Positions 1-10,131 of a stretch of DNA of 64,000 nt are shown here, piece after piece. Where the stretch lies: the NCBI GenBank assembly GCA_023267195.1, contig JAHFNT010000005.1:14875-78874 (forward strand), in the 5' to 3' direction. The notes beneath the pieces were generated by a model. It made no database searches and was not told the DNA's origin. It saw only the letters and a list, made by a program, of their open reading frames with translations. The position numbers and the translations under genes were made by a program. This DNA is from Candidatus Nomurabacteria bacterium. Lineage in GTDB: Bacteria > Patescibacteriota > Minisyncoccia > Phycocordibacterales > UBA9973. The stretch's first letter is position 1, and every line of letters starts with the position of its first letter.

Positions 1-432
1 TTCAAAATGGAAAGCATTAGGAAATGTATAAGAATCATCGGGCCTAGAAGAAATAAATGGGATAGCGCAAAGGTGGGTATTACTGCACCACCCATCAAGA
101 CAAAATATGGTTGGTTGCTTCTTTATCATGGCATTTCAAAATCTCACAACACTTATCGTATTGGGGCTGTTTTGCTTGACCTCAAAGATCCAGCCATTAT
201 GCTCGCTCGCACTTCTGATCCAATATTTGAACCACAGGAAGATTATGAGAAGGTGGGGGTGGTCAATAATGTTGTTTTCCCTTGCGGGATGGTTAAAAGA
301 CCTGCCCGTCGGGGCGGGGAAGATTTGCTTTATATTTATTATGGCGGAGCGGACACCGTCGTCGGGGTGGCCACTATTGAACTGGGAATTGTCCTGCGGG
401 CCTTAACTAGAAGTTTAAAAAAGAAAAAATAA
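1..432 (+). CDS. GH130-like glycosidase/phosphorylase, C-terminal part (frame open to window start)
   Basis: Motifs PPIKTKYGWLLLYHG, YRIGAVLLDLKDP, NVVFPCG and YYGGAD of GH130 beta-propellers. Confidence 0.85.
   Translation, partial: FKMESIRKCIRIIGPRRNKWDSAKVGITAPPIKTKYGWLLLYHGISKSHNTYRIGAVLLDLKDPAIMLARTSDPIFEPQEDYEKVGVVNNVVFPCGMVKRPARRGGEDLLYIYYGGADTVVGVATIELGIVLRALTRSLKKKK
301..318 (+). repeat. GC-rich palindromic mini-element in frame in the glycosidase (encodes PARRGG)
   Basis: CCTG-CCCG-tcgggg-CGGG hairpin; GC island in an AT-rich gene, between VVFPCG and LYIYYG. Confidence 0.55.
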
Positions 433-441
433 AACGTTGTT

Positions 442-1071
442 ATGCACCTATCTATAGAATGGCTCTCGACATTTATTCTGAATTATCCTCTGCTTAAATA
501 TTTGATTGTATTTTTAGGGGCGGGATTTGGGGGAGAGTTTGGCCTCATCTCTTTGGCTTTTTTGGCGGCTCATAAAGTTTTTCCCTTAATTCCTTTTCTA
601 ATTGTCAGCTTTTTAGGGACTATGTCTTCAGATACTTTGTGGTTTTTATGGGGCAAAACCAAATTAGCTGGGAAAATTATTAGTCATCGTTATACAGCCG
701 GCACCGTCTCGGTAATCATGGAAGCAATAAGGAAAATCAGTCGGGGGAATCACCTGCTTGCCCTTATTCTTGCAAAATTTCTTGTTGGGACACGTATTCT
801 GGTCATTATGTATGTAAGTAAAACCAATATAGCTTTCAAAAAATTTATTTTACCAGACCTGGTAGCTATTCTTATCTGGCTTATTACGCTTACGTCAATT
901 GGTTATCTTTCTGGGCTTGGTTTTGCTTATATTTCAAAGATGTTAAAAAACATATATGCTGGCATAGGGTTTATTATTTTAATTGTATTCATAATTATAA
1001 TTATTCAAATATGGCTGAAGCGGTTTTTTCTTAAAAAAGAGGAAGAAATTATCAAACAGCATGATTTGTGA
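442..1071 (+). CDS. DedA/VTT family membrane protein
   Basis: Hydrophobic 209 aa with GTMSSDTLWFLWGK and AKFLVGTR, DedA-like motifs. Confidence 0.75.
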   Translation: MHLSIEWLSTFILNYPLLKYLIVFLGAGFGGEFGLISLAFLAAHKVFPLIPFLIVSFLGTMSSDTLWFLWGKTKLAGKIISHRYTAGTVSVIMEAIRKISRGNHLLALILAKFLVGTRILVIMYVSKTNIAFKKFILPDLVAILIWLITLTSIGYLSGLGFAYISKMLKNIYAGIGFIILIVFIIIIIQIWLKRFFLKKEEEIIKQHDL

Positions 1072-1100
1072 CCCTTCATATAAAATAATTCAGGCCTTCG

Positions 1101-1150
1101 CTCTGAGGCTCAGTCTCGAAGAGGTCATGGTGAGTAAGCCCGAACCATGA
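1101..1150. repeat. Two tandem copies of the GAG..CGA hairpin element upstream of hpf
   Basis: CTCT-GAG-gctcagtct-CGA-AGAG (1101-1123) and TCATGGT-GAG-taagcc-CGA-ACCATGA (1125-1150). Confidence 0.75.
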
Positions 1151-1156
1151 TATAAT
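1148..1156 (+). promoter_or_regulatory. Extended -10 promoter of hpf (leaderless spacing)
   Basis: TGaTATAAT, then 6 nt, then ATG at 1163. Confidence 0.65.
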
Positions 1157-1162
1157 AAACAT

Positions 1163-1561
1163 ATGCAAATAAATTTACAGGGTAAAAATTTTGAGTTGAC
1201 CGAGTCAGTAAAGGACTATGTCCTAAAAAGGGTGACCAATCTGGAGAAATTACTTTCTAGCATAGAAGCGGGCGGAGGTGAAGTGCTAGTTGATTTTGAA
1301 GTGGGCAAGAGCACCAAGCATCATAAATCCGGTGATGTTTTTCATGCAGATTGCAACATTAATATCAACGGAAAAAATTTTTATTCAAGCTCGGATAAAG
1401 AAGACATTTTCCAGGCCATTGATGAAATCAAAGATACAATTTTTAACGATATAAGAAAAAATAAAGATCGGAAACAGACTCTGCTCAAGCGTGGCGCGCT
1501 TAGTATAAAAAAGATGTTGAAAGGCCTTACTAAGAGAAATCCATTTACTTCGAAGTACTAG
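1163..1561 (+). CDS. hpf: Ribosome hibernation factor HPF/RaiA
   Basis: MQINLQGKNFELTESVKDYV...EDIFQAIDE pattern of the S30AE family. Confidence 0.9.
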   Translation: MQINLQGKNFELTESVKDYVLKRVTNLEKLLSSIEAGGGEVLVDFEVGKSTKHHKSGDVFHADCNININGKNFYSSSDKEDIFQAIDEIKDTIFNDIRKNKDRKQTLLKRGALSIKKMLKGLTKRNPFTSKY

Positions 1562-2399
1562 TTTTCAAAAAATCTTCATATTTTATTTCTTTTTTGCCTT
1601 CAGGTAAGACTTTTTTGATTATAAATTTTTCATTTTCAAGCGTTGCTTCGGTTATGATAATTCTCTTGCTGTTTTTAAAAAAGAATGTGCGGGGCCATCT
1701 GGCATAAGCGCGGAATTTGTTATATAAAAAAACCCCATTTTCTTTTTCAATATCTACCAACCCATCTTCTTTTTTGATTTTTTTGCAGTAGCTTGTCTTT
1801 TTCTCATCTTGTGGTACTGTCTTGGTTTTGTTTTCTAAAATATCCGGTAATATTTTCACCAAAAGCTCCCCTCCCATTTTTATCAAACGTTTACGCAACA
1901 CTGAGGCGGTTTCTTCCTTTTCTATATTCGTTTTTTCTTGCGCTACAATATCTCCCGCGTCCATTTTATAAACCATCTTTTGAATAGTGATACCAGTTTC
2001 TATCTCGCCGTTTAAGATAGCGGATTCTATTGGAGAAGCGCCTCGGTATTTCGGTAAGAGTGAATAATGTATATTGATTGAACCAAATTTTGGAAGATTT
2101 AAAATATTTTCTGGAATAATTTTGCCATAGGCTATTACCACAAAAATATCATATTTGTTTTTATTAATTTTTTCCGCAAAATCTGAATCTAGATTTTCTG
2201 GTTTCAGGCAGGGGATATTATTTTCTTCGGCAAATTTGCTGACAGGCGTAGATTCCGTTTTCATACCCCTGCCTTGTTTACTGTCTGGCGAAGTAATGAT
2301 GACAGACGGCAAAAAACCTTTTTGTTTTAAAATTTGAAGTGTTTCAGACGCCACCTCGGGTGTACCCCAAAATGCAAAATTTAAATTATTTTTATTCAC
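1545..2399 (-). CDS. fmt: Methionyl-tRNA formyltransferase
   Basis: FWGTPE, INIHYSLLPKYRGASPI, KMDAGD; adjacent to def. Confidence 0.95.
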   Translation of the reverse strand: MNKNNLNFAFWGTPEVASETLQILKQKGFLPSVIITSPDSKQGRGMKTESTPVSKFAEENNIPCLKPENLDSDFAEKINKNKYDIFVVIAYGKIIPENILNLPKFGSINIHYSLLPKYRGASPIESAILNGEIETGITIQKMVYKMDAGDIVAQEKTNIEKEETASVLRKRLIKMGGELLVKILPDILENKTKTVPQDEKKTSYCKKIKKEDGLVDIEKENGVFLYNKFRAYARWPRTFFFKNSKRIIITEATLENEKFIIKKVLPEGKKEIKYEDFLKTSTSK

Positions 2400-2430
2400 T
2401 TTATAACTTTATTAACTTTCAATTTTATAA

Positions 2431-2982
2431 CTACTTTGGTAATTCTTCTTTTACATCTTTTGCATGATCAATAAAAAGTATGCCATTTAAATGGTCGGTT
2501 TCATGCTGAAAAATTTGCGCTAAAAGCCCGGATGCGCCACGAGTAAATTTTTTCCCTTCCTCGTTATAGGCTGTGACTGTAGCCTTTTTAGACCGGAAAG
2601 TTTTGCCATAGAGCCATCTTACAGACAGGCATCCCTCTGGCACCCAGTCTTTTTCACGTGAGAGCTTGGAAATTTTTGGGTTAATAAAAACAAGATCTTT
2701 ATTCAATTCTTCCGTCGCAGTGGATGATTCAGTGTCGGGGGCACTTGTCTCGTCTCTTTTTTTACCGAAATCTTTTGCAAATATTTTACCGGAAACGATA
2801 AAAATTCGTAGTGGATATCCTATCTGGGGTGCAGCTATCGCTACACCATCGTTTTGGCTTCGGAGGGCTTCAGACATTTCTTTCAATATATTCTGTATTT
2901 TTTTATTTTTGATATCGGGGACACGCACTTCATCTGCTATTTTGCGAAGGACTTTCTCTTTTTGTTGGAGAATTTTCTTCAT
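2431..2982 (-). CDS. def: Peptide deformylase
   Basis: GVAIAAPQIG, EGCLS, QHETDHLNG. Confidence 0.97.
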   Translation of the reverse strand: MKKILQQKEKVLRKIADEVRVPDIKNKKIQNILKEMSEALRSQNDGVAIAAPQIGYPLRIFIVSGKIFAKDFGKKRDETSAPDTESSTATEELNKDLVFINPKISKLSREKDWVPEGCLSVRWLYGKTFRSKKATVTAYNEEGKKFTRGASGLLAQIFQHETDHLNGILFIDHAKDVKEELPK

Positions 2983-2993
2983 ATTTTGCGGTT

Positions 2994-4301
2994 TTATTTA
3001 AGTTCCTTCAAGTATTCGAGGAGCTTGCTTAATTTTACGGTATCTTGAGATCTATTGGACATGTCTCTCACTATTACAGAATCGTCAAGCGCCTCTTTTA
3101 CTCCAAAGATTATTGCATAAGGAATAGAAAGCTTTTCCGCTATTGCCAATTGCGAGCCAAGGCTATCTTTAGATAATGACTGAGCAATAGGTATATGAGC
3201 CTTACGCAATATTTCAATTACGTTTAAACTTTTCAATTTTGCCTCAGACCCCAGTTGGATGAAATATATCTTAGGTTTTTTCATTATCCGTGGCGAGAGT
3301 TTTTTGTACCAAGTAGATGCTATTATGCGATCCACTCCTATAGATATTCCCACCGCTGGCACGTCGCGCTTGTTGCCTATTTGACGAGCCAGATAATCAT
3401 AGCGTCCGCCTCCACCAAGCGCTAGCGGAGTTCCATCCTCGCCCCCGTTTTGCTCTATAATTTCAAAAACAGTGCGGGTATAATAAGAAAGCCCGCGCAC
3501 TAGATTTTTATTTATATTGTAGGCTATGCCCATTTCTTCCAAATATTCAAGCACTTCTTTAAAATGTTTCTTACACGAAACACAGAGAGAAGAAACAGAA
3601 TCAGGAGCGTTTTCGTTTATTATTTTTGTTTTTTCTTCCTTTGAATCAAGTATGCGAAGCGGGTTTGTCTTCAGGCGTTCGCGGTCTACCGAAGGCAGAC
3701 TGCTTATATTTTTTTTATAATAATTGGTAAGTTCTCGTAGATATGTGTTTCGGCACTCTTTATCACCGATTGAATTTATGTCAATTGTCAGATTTTCTGC
3801 TCCGGCTTCCTCTAAGATGCTCATGCCAGCCTTTATCACTAGCGCATCCATAATGCTTTTCTCATTTCCCAAACAATCCAAATCAAATTGCCAAAATTGC
3901 CTATAGCGTCCGCGTTGAGGCTTGTCATGCCTGAAAACTGGACCATATTGATAAAACATCACCGGCTGAGGCATAGTTTGCATTCCGTGTTCTATGTAAG
4001 CTCGCATTAGAGGAGCCGTATGTTCGGGTCGGAGCGCTAGATGATCTCCGCCTTTAGTTTTAAATGCATACATTTCCTTATCCACAATGTCTGTGCCTTC
4101 ACCAATAGAAGAGGTAAAAATTTCTTCATGTTCCAATATTGGAGTATCGATAGGCTTGAACCCATAATAAACGGCAACTTCCTGTGCTTTTTCGAAGAAT
4201 CCCTGAAATCCATAATAATCTTCACTCATCAAATCCCGCATTCCTTTTGGGGATGCGATGTCGGTCATTTTGTTTTTGTTGGTGTGTGCAGTTTTTTTCA
4301 T
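2994..4301 (-). CDS. hisS: Histidine--tRNA ligase (start uncertain)
   Basis: PKGMRD, LRPEHTA, RYRQFWQ, LVRGLSYY, GGGRYD. Confidence 0.95.
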   Translation of the reverse strand: MKKTAHTNKNKMTDIASPKGMRDLMSEDYYGFQGFFEKAQEVAVYYGFKPIDTPILEHEEIFTSSIGEGTDIVDKEMYAFKTKGGDHLALRPEHTAPLMRAYIEHGMQTMPQPVMFYQYGPVFRHDKPQRGRYRQFWQFDLDCLGNEKSIMDALVIKAGMSILEEAGAENLTIDINSIGDKECRNTYLRELTNYYKKNISSLPSVDRERLKTNPLRILDSKEEKTKIINENAPDSVSSLCVSCKKHFKEVLEYLEEMGIAYNINKNLVRGLSYYTRTVFEIIEQNGGEDGTPLALGGGGRYDYLARQIGNKRDVPAVGISIGVDRIIASTWYKKLSPRIMKKPKIYFIQLGSEAKLKSLNVIEILRKAHIPIAQSLSKDSLGSQLAIAEKLSIPYAIIFGVKEALDDSVIVRDMSNRSQDTVKLSKLLEYLKELK

Positions 4302-4305
4302 ATAT

Positions 4306-4893
4306 TTATAACTTATCTTCTTGACTATAACTGCCCGGTAGCACATCTATCTGGCTTATGGGGAGTAAACGCAAAAATGCTTTTCCTGTCAAAAGACTTC
4401 TTTTAACAGCCCCCCAATATCTTGAATCAGAGCTAGCGCTCCTATTATCACCCATGACGAAATATTCATCATCTTTTAATTCAAAATGCGTATCGTTGTT
4501 TGCTTGATTTTTTACAAAAGGTTGCAGAAGTTTAAAACCCTCTTTGTTTTGGGCATTTGTTATTGTTACTTCATTACCCTTTATGTCTACGGTTTCGTTG
4601 GGTAGGCCGATAATTCTCTTGATGAAGAATTTTGTTGTATCACCCGGATAGCGAAAAATAACCACATCATCTCGTTTTGGATCGCCGAGCCTATAAGATA
4701 TTTTATCCACAATTAGATAATCTCCATTGGAAAAAGTCGGCACCATTGAAGAGCCAGAAACAATAAATGGTTCAGCTACCAATACGCGAATTGGCACGAC
4801 GATAAGCAGAGCGATGAGTGCAAAGCGCACCAACTCCCAGAACGACTGTGAAATTGTTTTTTCCGCCGCTCTCTCTTGTATTTTTTCTTCCAT
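4306..4893 (-). CDS. lepB: Signal peptidase I
   Basis: SGSSMVPT, FIKRIIGLP, GDNRSASSDSR. Confidence 0.95.
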   Translation of the reverse strand: MEEKIQERAAEKTISQSFWELVRFALIALLIVVPIRVLVAEPFIVSGSSMVPTFSNGDYLIVDKISYRLGDPKRDDVVIFRYPGDTTKFFIKRIIGLPNETVDIKGNEVTITNAQNKEGFKLLQPFVKNQANNDTHFELKDDEYFVMGDNRSASSDSRYWGAVKRSLLTGKAFLRLLPISQIDVLPGSYSQEDKL

Positions 4894-4992
4894 GGCTACA
4901 ATATAACATAAAAAATCCTTGACAGGGTAGCAAAATTTGTTGGGTAATTCAAAATTATGAATTAAGAATTATTAATTTGTTATCATATAAAG

Positions 4993-5520
4993 ATGAAGCT
5001 AGTAGTTGGTTTAGGAAATCCGGGTGAAGAGTATGAAAAGACCAGGCACAATACTGGGCGGATTTTAGTTTCGATGATAGAGGACAAACTGGAAGGAGAG
5101 AAGATAAAGTTCCTAACGCCGGATACTTTTATGAATAATTCTGGAAAAGCAGTTGTTCCTTTGGTAAAAAATAAAAAAGATTTGGAGAATTTGGTGGTGA
5201 TTTATGATGATATTGATTTACCGCTTGGTAAAATGAAAATTTCTTTCAATCGCTCGAGTGGGGGACATAACGGTTTAAATTCAATTATTAAAGCGCTAAA
5301 GTCTCAAGAATTTCTGCGGATTAGAATTGGTATTTCCCCTGCGACCCCATCAGGCAAAATTAAAAAACCAGTAGGTGAAAAAGCCGTTTTAAATTTCCTG
5401 CTTGGCGAATATAAAAAACCAGAATTAGAAACTCTCAAAAAACTTTCCAAAAAAGTGGCTGAGGCAGTGGAAACTATTTTTACCGAAAGCAAAGAAAAAG
5501 CAATGAGTCTTTATAATTAA
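4993..5520 (+). CDS. pth: Peptidyl-tRNA hydrolase (compact)
   Basis: VGLGNPG, TRHNTG, FMNNSG, GGHNG. Confidence 0.95.
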   Translation: MKLVVGLGNPGEEYEKTRHNTGRILVSMIEDKLEGEKIKFLTPDTFMNNSGKAVVPLVKNKKDLENLVVIYDDIDLPLGKMKISFNRSSGGHNGLNSIIKALKSQEFLRIRIGISPATPSGKIKKPVGEKAVLNFLLGEYKKPELETLKKLSKKVAEAVETIFTESKEKAMSLYN

Positions 5521-5521
5521 T

Positions 5522-8500
5522 TTAAATTTCCTTTACCGCTTCTATCACGATGCTCTTTTCGCCGTTGCGAAGAGAAACTTTGCCAGAGAAGGCTATGCAT
5601 TTTTCTGGGACGAGTATATCTGCAGAATCTTTGAAAATGGAAGGGAAACAAACGGCTTCGATGGTATCGCTCAGGTCTGCAATTTTTAAGAAAACCATGC
5701 GGTCATTGTTTTTAGTGATAACTTGCCTTGCATTTTCAATAATTCCAGCTAGGGTAGTTTGCATTCCGTTGCCGAATTCTTCTTTGACTTTTTTGATGTT
5801 CACAGTGCGTTTTTCTAATTTTTCCCGCAGGCGATCAAGTGGATGTCCGGAAATATAAAGTCCAAGCAGTTCTTTTTCCCAAAGCAATTTTTCTGCTTGG
5901 GTGGCTTCTCCCGCTTTTTGCAATTTGAATTCTGGGGCCTTAATTTCTGCAGAGCCGCCAAAAAGGGAAACCTGATTGCCGTTTTGTTTGGAATTTTCGT
6001 GGTTGTATTCCAACATTGCTTCTAGATTTGCCAAAAGTATTCCACGATCATTCCATTCATCCATGCAGCCGGATTTGATGAGCGCTTCCATAGATTTTTT
6101 ATTTAAATTTTTGTGTTTGATTCTATCCAAGAAATCTGTAATTGATTTGAATTTTCCATTTAATTTTCTTTCTTTGATGATTGCATCCGAAATATCCGTA
6201 CCCAAATTTTTGATTGTATAAAATCCGAATCTTATTTTTTCGCTTCTATTTTCTTTGTCTATGTTGAGCCCAGTTTTAGTCGATAAACAAGTGAATCCGC
6301 CAAAACTTTCGTTGATATTCGGTGGTAAAACCGGAATTTTCATATTTTTACATTCCTCGATTATTTCCGCGATTTTTTCCACATCGCCGGATTCGGCTGT
6401 TAAAATCGCGGCCATGTATTCTACTGGAAAGTGTGCTTTCAAATACGCTGTTTCGTAGGCGACTCGGCCATAGGAAGCAGCGTGCGCTTTATTGAATCCA
6501 TAAGCCTGAAAAGGCTCAAAAAGTTTCCAGAGTTTTTCTGCGAATTCTGGAGTTTGACCGTTTTTGATTATACCCTTGGTAAATTTTTCCCTTTGTGCCG
6601 CCATTTCAGCCGGTATTTTTTTACCGACGGCCTTACGGAATTTATCCGCTTCCTCCCAGTTATAACCAGCGAGTTCTATAGCACAAAAAAGAAGGTCATC
6701 TTGGTACACGATTAGCCCATATGATTCGCCTAGGAATTTTTTCATGCGCGGATCTAAATATTTTACGAGACTTGGATTGTGTTTGCGTTTGATGTACTCC
6801 GGAATTGATTCCATTGGGCCAGGACGGTATAAAGCGACCATGGCATTGATGTCGTGGATTGAAGAAGGTTTTAATTCTTTCAAATATCTAGTCATGCCGG
6901 AACCATTCAATTGGAAAAGCCCTTCTGTTTGGCCGTGTGCCAAAAGTTCAAAGGTTTTCTTGTCGTCGAGTGGTAGCTTGTCTAAATTTATTTCCACTTC
7001 GTAAAATTTTTTAACTAAATTGATTGCGTCTGCCAAAATTGCCAAATTTCTGATTCCCAAAAAGTCGAATTTTAAAAGTCCCGCTTCTTCTGCGCTATAC
7101 ATGTCATATTGGGTAATTATTTTTCCGCCTTTCGGGTCGAGCTGGGTCGGCATGTATTCATAAATAGGCAAGGGCGCGATGACTACTCCGGCGGCATGCA
7201 CCGAAATGTGTCGGACACACCCTTCCAATTTTTTGGCTAAATCTATTATTTCTTTCGTGTCTTTCTCTTTTTTGTAAGCTTCAGCTAGTTCTGGCACGAT
7301 TTCCATAGCGTGATCGATCGTCATCGGCATGCCTTGCGAACCCATCGGAATCATTTTAGAGATTCTATCTCCTACAGAGTAAGGGTAGGCAAGCGCTCGG
7401 GCTACATCTCGCACCGCTCCGCGTGCCATCATCGTACCAAAAGTTCCTATCTGGGCGACTTTATCTTCGCCATACTTTTGTTTGACATATTCAATCATTT
7501 CATCTCGCCTATTATCGGCGTAATCCATATCGATATCTGGAGCCGAAGGGCGGTAGGGGTTCAAAAATCGTTCAAATGGAAGTTTGTATTCAATAGGATT
7601 AATATTTGTAATTCCGATTAAATAAGTAACCATTGAGCCTGCTACCGATCCTCGGATAGCGGTCAGAATGCCGTTTTCTCTGGCATGTCGGAGCAGATCC
7701 CCAACTACTAAAAAATATGGAGAATAGCCTTTATCAAAAATAATTTTTAGTTCATATTCTATGCGGTCTTTTATTTCCGGAGTTTCTTTTATGTTCAAAT
7801 TTTTAAGCCCGGCGTAAGCGAGCTCGCGCAGTTTTGCATCATGTGTTTTACCATCTTCTATCTTTATGTCCGGGAAAACCCAACGCCCAAGTTCAAGCTC
7901 CAAATTGCACATTTCCGCTACTTTTAAAGTGTTATCAACTGCTTCAGGAACATCTTTGAAAATTTCTCTGGCCCTTTTTACGTCAATAAAAGAATAATCG
8001 CCATCCCCAAAGGAAAATTTATTTTCATCCTTAATGTCAGAATTTGTTTGAATGGACAGCAGGGTATCGTGCGCTTTACTGTCTTCTGTGTGGCAATAAT
8101 GTGAATCTATTGTTCCCACCAGAGGAATATTTAGCCGTTTACTTAAGGCAATTAAACCATCTTTGACTTCTTTTCCTCCATCAATTTTTCCATAATCTTG
8201 GATCTCTAGAAAATAATTTTCCTTACCAAAAATTTCTTGATATTCTTTAATTATTTTTTCTCCTGCCTCTGGATTTTTATTTGCCAGCGCTCGGCCAAGT
8301 TCTCCGCCGAGACAGCCGGAAAGCGCAATTAAGCCTTCAGAATATTTTCGTAAGATTTCTTTGTCCATGCGGGGTTTATAATAAAATCCTTCAACATGGG
8401 AAAGTGTCACTAGGCGCATAAGATTTTTATAACCCTGTAGGTTTTTCGCGAGCAGAATGAGATGGTATCTTTTGTTGTCTATGCCGGGGTCTTTATCTAG

Positions 8501-8728
8501 TCGGCCACGGTTTGAGATGTAAGCTTCAACGCCTATAATAGGTTTGACGCCAGCCTTTTTTGCCAGTTTATAGAATTCTATAGCGCCGTACATATTGCCA
8601 TGATCTGTGATAGCTATAGCTGGCATGCCAAATTTCTTGGCCAAATCCACTAAATCTTCAAGCTTTGAAAGCCCGTCCAAGAGGGAATAGTGCGAATGTG
8701 TATGTAGGTGGACAAAACCCTTTTCCAT
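5522..8728 (-). CDS. dnaE: DNA polymerase III alpha subunit
   Basis: [35 protein letters not shown]-terminal OB fold. Confidence 0.97.
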   Translation of the reverse strand: MEKGFVHLHTHSHYSLLDGLSKLEDLVDLAKKFGMPAIAITDHGNMYGAIEFYKLAKKAGVKPIIGVEAYISNRGRLDKDPGIDNKRYHLILLAKNLQGYKNLMRLVTLSHVEGFYYKPRMDKEILRKYSEGLIALSGCLGGELGRALANKNPEAGEKIIKEYQEIFGKENYFLEIQDYGKIDGGKEVKDGLIALSKRLNIPLVGTIDSHYCHTEDSKAHDTLLSIQTNSDIKDENKFSFGDGDYSFIDVKRAREIFKDVPEAVDNTLKVAEMCNLELELGRWVFPDIKIEDGKTHDAKLRELAYAGLKNLNIKETPEIKDRIEYELKIIFDKGYSPYFLVVGDLLRHARENGILTAIRGSVAGSMVTYLIGITNINPIEYKLPFERFLNPYRPSAPDIDMDYADNRRDEMIEYVKQKYGEDKVAQIGTFGTMMARGAVRDVARALAYPYSVGDRISKMIPMGSQGMPMTIDHAMEIVPELAEAYKKEKDTKEIIDLAKKLEGCVRHISVHAAGVVIAPLPIYEYMPTQLDPKGGKIITQYDMYSAEEAGLLKFDFLGIRNLAILADAINLVKKFYEVEINLDKLPLDDKKTFELLAHGQTEGLFQLNGSGMTRYLKELKPSSIHDINAMVALYRPGPMESIPEYIKRKHNPSLVKYLDPRMKKFLGESYGLIVYQDDLLFCAIELAGYNWEEADKFRKAVGKKIPAEMAAQREKFTKGIIKNGQTPEFAEKLWKLFEPFQAYGFNKAHAASYGRVAYETAYLKAHFPVEYMAAILTAESGDVEKIAEIIEECKNMKIPVLPPNINESFGGFTCLSTKTGLNIDKENRSEKIRFGFYTIKNLGTDISDAIIKERKLNGKFKSITDFLDRIKHKNLNKKSMEALIKSGCMDEWNDRGILLANLEAMLEYNHENSKQNGNQVSLFGGSAEIKAPEFKLQKAGEATQAEKLLWEKELLGLYISGHPLDRLREKLEKRTVNIKKVKEEFGNGMQTTLAGIIENARQVITKNNDRMVFLKIADLSDTIEAVCFPSIFKDSADILVPEKCIAFSGKVSLRNGEKSIVIEAVKEI

Positions 8729-8755
8729 TTTTTTATAATAGCATATAATAGACCT
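8729..8755. promoter_or_regulatory. 27-bp divergent promoter region dnaE/gap
   Basis: + strand TATAAT 8744-8749, 6 nt before gap ATG 8756; - strand TGcTATTAT, 6 nt before dnaE ATG. Confidence 0.65.
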
Positions 8756-9808
8756 ATGAAAAAAATACGAGTTGGGATAAATGGTTTCGGCAGAATTGGT
8801 AGAGCTTTTTTAAAAGTTGCTTGGGATAGACCAGAAGTGGAAGTGGTTGCTGTAAATGATTTGGGCGATGTCGCCAACATGGCGTATCTTTTAAAATACG
8901 ACACGGTGTACCGAGAATGGAAACATGATATCAAAGTTGAGGGCGACAGTTTAGTTATTGATGCAAGAGAAGACAGAAAAGTAAAAGTTTTAGCGCAAAA
9001 AGATCCTGCGACGCTGCCATGGAAAGATTTGGGAGTGGATGTCGTCGTAGAATCGACTGGACTTTTTACCAGTTATGATAAAGCAAAAGTGCATTTGGAT
9101 GCTGGGGCAAAGAAAGTGGTGATTTCGGCGCCAGAAAAAGGCGGAGACCCTTCGACAAGCTCAGGGCAAGCGGTTCATGGGGAAACTATTTTGCTTGGCG
9201 TGAATGAAGAAAAATTTGGCACTTGCGATCTTACTTCCAATGCTTCTTGTACGACGAATGCGGCTTCGCCTTTGATCGCTATTCTCAATGAAGCTTTAGG
9301 AGTAGAAAAAGCTATTTTAAATACAGTGCATGGCTATACGGCTTCGCAAGGAATTGTCGATGGACCAAATAAAAAAGATTTTCGGGAAGGTCGCGCCGCA
9401 GCGCAAAATATTGTCCCTTCTTCGACTGGTGCAGCGATCGCCGTGACGAAAGCTTTTCCCGAGCTCGAAGGACTTTTTGATGGTATTTCCATCCGCGTGC
9501 CAGTAGTTGCTGGGTCAATTGTAGACGTTACTTTTATATCAAAAAAAGAAACGACCGCCAAAGAAGTGAATTCTATACTCCAAAAAGCTTCTCAAGATTC
9601 CAGATGGAATAAAATTTTTGCCGTGACCGAAGAGCCTTTAGTTTCTGGTGATATTTTGGGAAGTAGTTATGGTTCAATCGCTGACCTCAAAATGACTCGC
9701 GTCGTCGGCGGCAATCTCGTAAAAGTGATGGGCTGGTACGACAACGAAATGGGGTATACCTATACTCTCGTGGATCATGTAATCAAGACGGGGGAAACTA
9801 TAAAATAA
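8756..9808 (+). CDS. gap: Glyceraldehyde-3-phosphate dehydrogenase (type I)
   Basis: [22 protein letters not shown]; start moved to MKKIRVG. Confidence 0.97.
   Translation: MKKIRVGINGFGRIGRAFLKVAWDRPEVEVVAVNDLGDVANMAYLLKYDTVYREWKHDIKVEGDSLVIDAREDRKVKVLAQKDPATLPWKDLGVDVVVESTGLFTSYDKAKVHLDAGAKKVVISAPEKGGDPSTSSGQAVHGETILLGVNEEKFGTCDLTSNASCTTNAASPLIAILNEALGVEKAILNTVHGYTASQGIVDGPNKKDFREGRAAAQNIVPSSTGAAIAVTKAFPELEGLFDGISIRVPVVAGSIVDVTFISKKETTAKEVNSILQKASQDSRWNKIFAVTEEPLVSGDILGSSYGSIADLKMTRVVGGNLVKVMGWYDNEMGYTYTLVDHVIKTGETIK
9146..9170 (+). repeat. In-frame hairpin element in gap (DPSTSSGQ)
   Basis: CCCT-TCG-acaag-CTC-AGGG-CAAG. Confidence 0.8.
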
Positions 9809-9817
9809 ATTAAAATT

Positions 9818-10126
9818 ATGCAAAAAAGATATTGGTTGCGAGGTGGAATAATTGCATTAATTATTTATGCTGTTGTCACAGTTATATTGGTTCCTTTTAG
9901 CACTTTAGGTAAAGAGTGCTCTGTTTTTTGTTTGACCTATTGGTCTATCCCTTCATTTATTGGCTCAATTATTATTTCTTTCCCAATTAAAATACTTACC
10001 GGATCTACTTTTTTCATGCGCGGTTCAAATGTCTTTTTCGGCGCTATCTATTTTTATTTTATTATTGGTATGGTTATCGGTTGGGTGTATGGGAAAATTA
10101 AAAGAAAAAACAATATTAACATTTAA
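9818..10126 (+). CDS. Small membrane protein, unknown function
   Basis: 102 aa, about 3 hydrophobic segments, CSVFC motif. Confidence 0.6.
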   Translation: MQKRYWLRGGIIALIIYAVVTVILVPFSTLGKECSVFCLTYWSIPSFIGSIIISFPIKILTGSTFFMRGSNVFFGAIYFYFIIGMVIGWVYGKIKRKNNINI

Positions 10127-10131
10127 AAAAA

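Noticed and set aside
5522-8728. Intein or intron in dnaE
   Set aside because: Normal length, continuous motifs, no splicing signatures
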